A stretch of 62,383 nt of DNA, counting the filler. It is 3 parts of 3 records of this genome, joined end to end, with 100 filler letters (N's around TTAATTAATTAA, not from the genome) between each part and the next. Parts side by side here need not be neighbours in the genome. Positions count along the whole stretch, not along the records: positions 38,908 to 62,383 come from SRR31156797_16893; 2 more parts are not named here. One strand, given 5' to 3'. Shown piece by piece: positions 59,093 to 62,383 of this stretch (its first letter is position 1; each line of letters begins with the position of its first letter). The notes beneath the pieces are model-generated. The model was not told the DNA's origin. It ran no database searches and saw nothing but the letters and a program-made list of their open reading frames with translations. The position numbers were made by a program, and so were the translations under genes.

Positions 59093-60601
59093 TCAAGCTT
59101 CATCTGTGCTATCTGGATCAAGCAAACCGCCGAGATCGGCTCCAAGAACCCGCCCGGGCCATTTGTAAAAACAATATCCATGTTCCTCGACAAACTTCCT
59201 GATCTTCTGCTGCCCCCCACGGGCAAAGGGCAATGAAGCAAAGCCGATGTGCTCCTTAGTCACCTCAATATCCCCAAACAGATACATCAGGTTGAACGGG
59301 ACAGCTTTTTCAGGATGTATCTCGGCAGGAACAACCAGATGCATAGCCTGCGAGTTACTTCCCCTGAAAACATTAATCTTCCCGGTCAGCTCCTTGCGCT
59401 CTTCAACCTCATCCTTGAAAAAAGGTTCAATCAAACGTTTTAAAGTTCCATCAACCTTAGCAACGGCAAGCCCATAGTTAGTGATGGGAACATGCTGGCG
59501 GTCACAATCCCTGATCCGTCTAAGCATATCAGCCCGTTCAGCCATGCAGGCACCGCAATGGACCACCAGCTTATATTCGGAAAGATCAATAGGCAAACCG
59601 CATCCAGTTTTAGATTCAAAAATAATATTGCGTTTTGTATATCCGGCAATCCTTGCTGGAATCATCTCCTTACCAAGGTCCTCAGCCTTGGGGTGGTGAG
59701 GACAAGCCTCGACAATAAGCACCTTGTCCCCGTCCTGAAGATTCTCAATAGCATTGGCCCCCTGGACAAGTTGTTCCAGATTACCCTTATGGCGGGCAAA
59801 AAGGATAGGAAAGGTAGTAAGGGAAACATCACGCGGAATGAGGTCCATAACTTTCTTAATAGGCTCGGAGTCTGCAATCACAAGTGCCGGACGCCGCTTA
59901 TGCCCGGAAATGGTCTGGTAAAGCTCTCCTTCCTTAACGATAACCGCAATCCCCCCGGCATCAAGGATTTCACGCAGCACCTGTGACTTAGGAAGTCCCA
60001 ACCTACCTTTGGGGGAAACCGGATCTTCAGAAACAACACAGACCACAAAATCCCCCCTGCCCATAAGGTCACGGGCCAGCACGGGATCAAGCATATTTTC
60101 TTCCGGCGCAAGAGCCATGATGGACTTCTTGAGCCGCTCAATACCCCGGCCGTCAACAGTAGAAGTAGCCACAAAACGGACTCCGCGTGAACCGCAGAAT
60201 TCCATATCAGCAAGACTGGGCCGCCTAATATCCGCCTTGTTGAAAACCATCACGCAGGGGATGCCACGATCCCGTAACAGGTTGGTTAGTTCCCGTTCTT
60301 CATCGAGAATGCCGGAATCATCGGTAACAATGACCGCCACATCCACACTGTATAAGGCATCTTTAATGACCCGTGCCCGATCATCACCGGGAACATGGGC
60401 ATCAGTATCATAAATGGTAACAGGCCCCAACGGATGGATCTCCGCCCTTGTCAGGGGATACATTTCATCTTCACTGGCCACAGGGCTGACTTCGCCGCTT
60501 TCAACCCCTGAAAGGGCACGTATTATTGAAGACTTACCAACATTACTTCTTCCGGCAATGGCTATAGCAAGCTTGGAACCGCTTTCAATTTCAGCAGTCA
60601 T
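59093..60601 (-). CDS. hydF: HydF-like Fe-S/GTPase protein with degenerate switch motifs and a C-terminal extension
   Basis: GRSNVGKSS, HPLGPVT, NKAD, PKGRL.LP, EACPHH...VHCGAC, PITNYG; about 100 extra C-terminal residues. Confidence 0.8.
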   Translation of the reverse strand: MTAEIESGSKLAIAIAGRSNVGKSSIIRALSGVESGEVSPVASEDEMYPLTRAEIHPLGPVTIYDTDAHVPGDDRARVIKDALYSVDVAVIVTDDSGILDEERELTNLLRDRGIPCVMVFNKADIRRPSLADMEFCGSRGVRFVATSTVDGRGIERLKKSIMALAPEENMLDPVLARDLMGRGDFVVCVVSEDPVSPKGRLGLPKSQVLREILDAGGIAVIVKEGELYQTISGHKRRPALVIADSEPIKKVMDLIPRDVSLTTFPILFARHKGNLEQLVQGANAIENLQDGDKVLIVEACPHHPKAEDLGKEMIPARIAGYTKRNIIFESKTGCGLPIDLSEYKLVVHCGACMAERADMLRRIRDCDRQHVPITNYGLAVAKVDGTLKRLIEPFFKDEVEERKELTGKINVFRGSNSQAMHLVVPAEIHPEKAVPFNLMYLFGDIEVTKEHIGFASLPFARGGQQKIRKFVEEHGYCFYKWPGRVLGADLGGLLDPDSTDEA

Positions 60602-60748
60602 TCTTCAACCTCCGGTTCATATCTCAATCAATCAAAACAACAGTTCGAAATTCAGTATTATTAATTACTCAAGAAATAGCACTTTATACAAAACATTTCA
60701 TCCCAATTATCCCGAACCAATTTATAGCCGGAAAACGCACGCGGAGGC

Positions 60749-60780
60749 AAAAAAAATGCGGGACCCTTTAAGGACCCCGC
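60749..60780 (-). terminator. Terminator after glnS
   Basis: Minus-strand GCGGGGTCC-TTAAA-GGGTCCCGC then A and T8. Confidence 0.75.
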
Positions 60781-60813
60781 AAAATTCTACCCAACACCCG
60801 CAAGGGTACGGTA

Positions 60814-62382
60814 TTACTTTTTCTGATTCTTGGCAATTTTCTTCCAAGAATCACGCAAAGTGACTGTTCTGTTAAAAATAATTTTTTCAGGAGTAGAATC
60901 CCGATCGGCACAGAAGTAACCGATTCGTTCAAACTGGCAACGGAAGCCGGACTCCACGTTTGCAAGAGAACGCTCCAAATAAGCGGTACGCACTTCAAGG
61001 GAATCAGGGTTGATATGATCCTTGAAATCGGAGCCATCTTTGCTGTCCATGGGATTCTCTTTGGTAAAGAGATGATCGTAAAGACGTACTTCAGCCTCAA
61101 CAGCATGATCCACAGAAACCCAATGGATAGTTCCCTTGACCTTGCGGCCGTCGTTAGACCAACCACCACGGGTTGCAGGGTCGTAAGTACAGCGGAGTTC
61201 CACGACTTCGCCATTCTCATCTTTAATCACATCGGTGCAGGTCACATAATATGCTGCACGAAGGCGGACTTCACGGCCCACGGAAAGCCTGAAGAATTTC
61301 TTGGGCGCGTCTTCCATGAAATCGTCACGCTCAATATAGAGAGTCTTGGAAAAAGGAACCTTGCGAGTTCCGGCTGCCTCATCTTCAGGATTGTTCTGGA
61401 CTTCGAATTCCTCGACCTGACCTTCGGGGTAGTTATCAATAACCAGCTTAATAGGATTAACTACACCCATAACCCGGTTGGAGTGGGCGTTAAGGTCTTC
61501 ACGCACGGAAAACTCAAGCAGTGCGAAGTCAACCATGTTGGCAGCCTTTGCCACCCCGATGCGTTCGCAAAAATTACGGATGGAAGCCGGAGAATAACCA
61601 CGTCTTCTCATACCGGAAATTGTCGGCATACGCGGATCATCCCAGCCGGAAACGTGCCCTTCTTCCACAAGCTGAATCAGACGGCGCTTACTCATTACAG
61701 TATAGCTCAGGTTGAGCCTTGCGAATTCAATCTGCTGCGGACGGTAAACCCCAAGGGTCTCAAGGGTCCAATCGTAAAGTGCACGGTTATTTTCAAATTC
61801 AAGGGTGCAGATGGAATGGGTAATTTTTTCCAGTGAATCGGAAAGACAATGGGTAAAATCGTACATGGGATAAATGCACCACTTATCACCGGTACGGTGA
61901 TGGGGTGCCTTCCTGATACGGTAGATAGTGGGGTCACGCAGGATTACATTAGGAGAAGCCATGTCGATCTTGGCACGTAGCACGTGCTTGCCATCTTCAA
62001 ATTCACCGTTTTTCATACGCTCGAAAAGATCAAGGTTCTCTTCAATGGAACGATCACGGTAAGGACTATTCTTGCCCGGTTCAGTGAGGGAACCACGGTA
62101 TTCACGGATTTCCTCGGCAGTGAGGCTGTCCACGTAAGCCTTACCTTCTTTGATCAGCTGGACGGCAAAACCATAAAGCTTGTCAAAATAATCAGAAGAA
62201 TAGTGCATCCTGTCTTCCCAGTCGAAACCGAGCCAGCGAACATCCTTTTCAATGGACTCCACATATTCAGTATCTTCCTTGACCGGGTTGGTGTCGTCAA
62301 AACGCAAGTTGCAGGTGCCGTTGTAATCTCTGGCAAGACCGAAATTCAGGCAGATGGACTTGGCATGGCCGATATGCAGGTA
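60814..62382 (-). CDS. glnS: Glutaminyl-tRNA synthetase, 5' end outside the window
   Basis: YLHIGHAK at the window edge, [39 protein letters not shown]. Confidence 0.96.
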   Translation of the reverse strand, partial: YLHIGHAKSICLNFGLARDYNGTCNLRFDDTNPVKEDTEYVESIEKDVRWLGFDWEDRMHYSSDYFDKLYGFAVQLIKEGKAYVDSLTAEEIREYRGSLTEPGKNSPYRDRSIEENLDLFERMKNGEFEDGKHVLRAKIDMASPNVILRDPTIYRIRKAPHHRTGDKWCIYPMYDFTHCLSDSLEKITHSICTLEFENNRALYDWTLETLGVYRPQQIEFARLNLSYTVMSKRRLIQLVEEGHVSGWDDPRMPTISGMRRRGYSPASIRNFCERIGVAKAANMVDFALLEFSVREDLNAHSNRVMGVVNPIKLVIDNYPEGQVEEFEVQNNPEDEAAGTRKVPFSKTLYIERDDFMEDAPKKFFRLSVGREVRLRAAYYVTCTDVIKDENGEVVELRCTYDPATRGGWSNDGRKVKGTIHWVSVDHAVEAEVRLYDHLFTKENPMDSKDGSDFKDHINPDSLEVRTAYLERSLANVESGFRCQFERIGYFCADRDSTPEKIIFNRTVTLRDSWKKIAKNQKK

Positions 62383-62383
62383 A

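Noticed and set aside
38908-62383. Higher-GC segment as a horizontally acquired island in a Bacteroidota genome
   Set aside because: It begins exactly at a spacer and carries core genes (rnc, glnS, flagellar genes) with no integrase or att site; it is another organism.
1-62383. CRISPR arrays, tRNA/rRNA genes, transposases, prophage genes
   Set aside because: None seen; intergenic gaps are short and largely explained by promoters, terminators and leaders.

Overview
The window is three contigs joined by 100-nt N spacers that each carry a TTAATTAATTAA linker (11098-11197, 38808-38907), and they do not come from one organism. Contigs 1-2 (1-11097, 11198-38807) are AT-rich and Bacteroidota-like. 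Contig 1 holds bamD-rpoZ-coaBC-porD-recN-fabI, a probable cysteate acyltransferase, and a TonB receptor behind the 3' half of a TPP riboswitch. Contig 2 holds a truncated STAND-TM-WD40 gene, mnmA, an S8 protease, xseA, a cluster of periplasmic-TPR signalling proteins, tilS, a BlaI/BlaR1-TonB pair with tandem palindromic operators, and truncated ffh. Contig 3 (38908-62383) has more balanced GC and is Desulfovibrionaceae-like. It holds an ADP-forming acyl-CoA synthetase and DRTGG gene, rnc, sigma54-type flagellar genes, transaldolase, a stand-alone trpB with a Trp-leader attenuator, a DUF2156 pseudogene, and partial glnS. The best candidate for an undescribed system is the minus-strand run 55344-60601: a HydF paralogue with degenerate GTPase switch motifs, intact Fe-S ligands and a YcgL-like C-terminal domain, followed by an orphan BMP binding protein, a hybrid histidine kinase and an HPt protein. 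No rRNA, tRNA, CRISPR array or transposase was seen. All family calls come from motif recognition; no database search was run.
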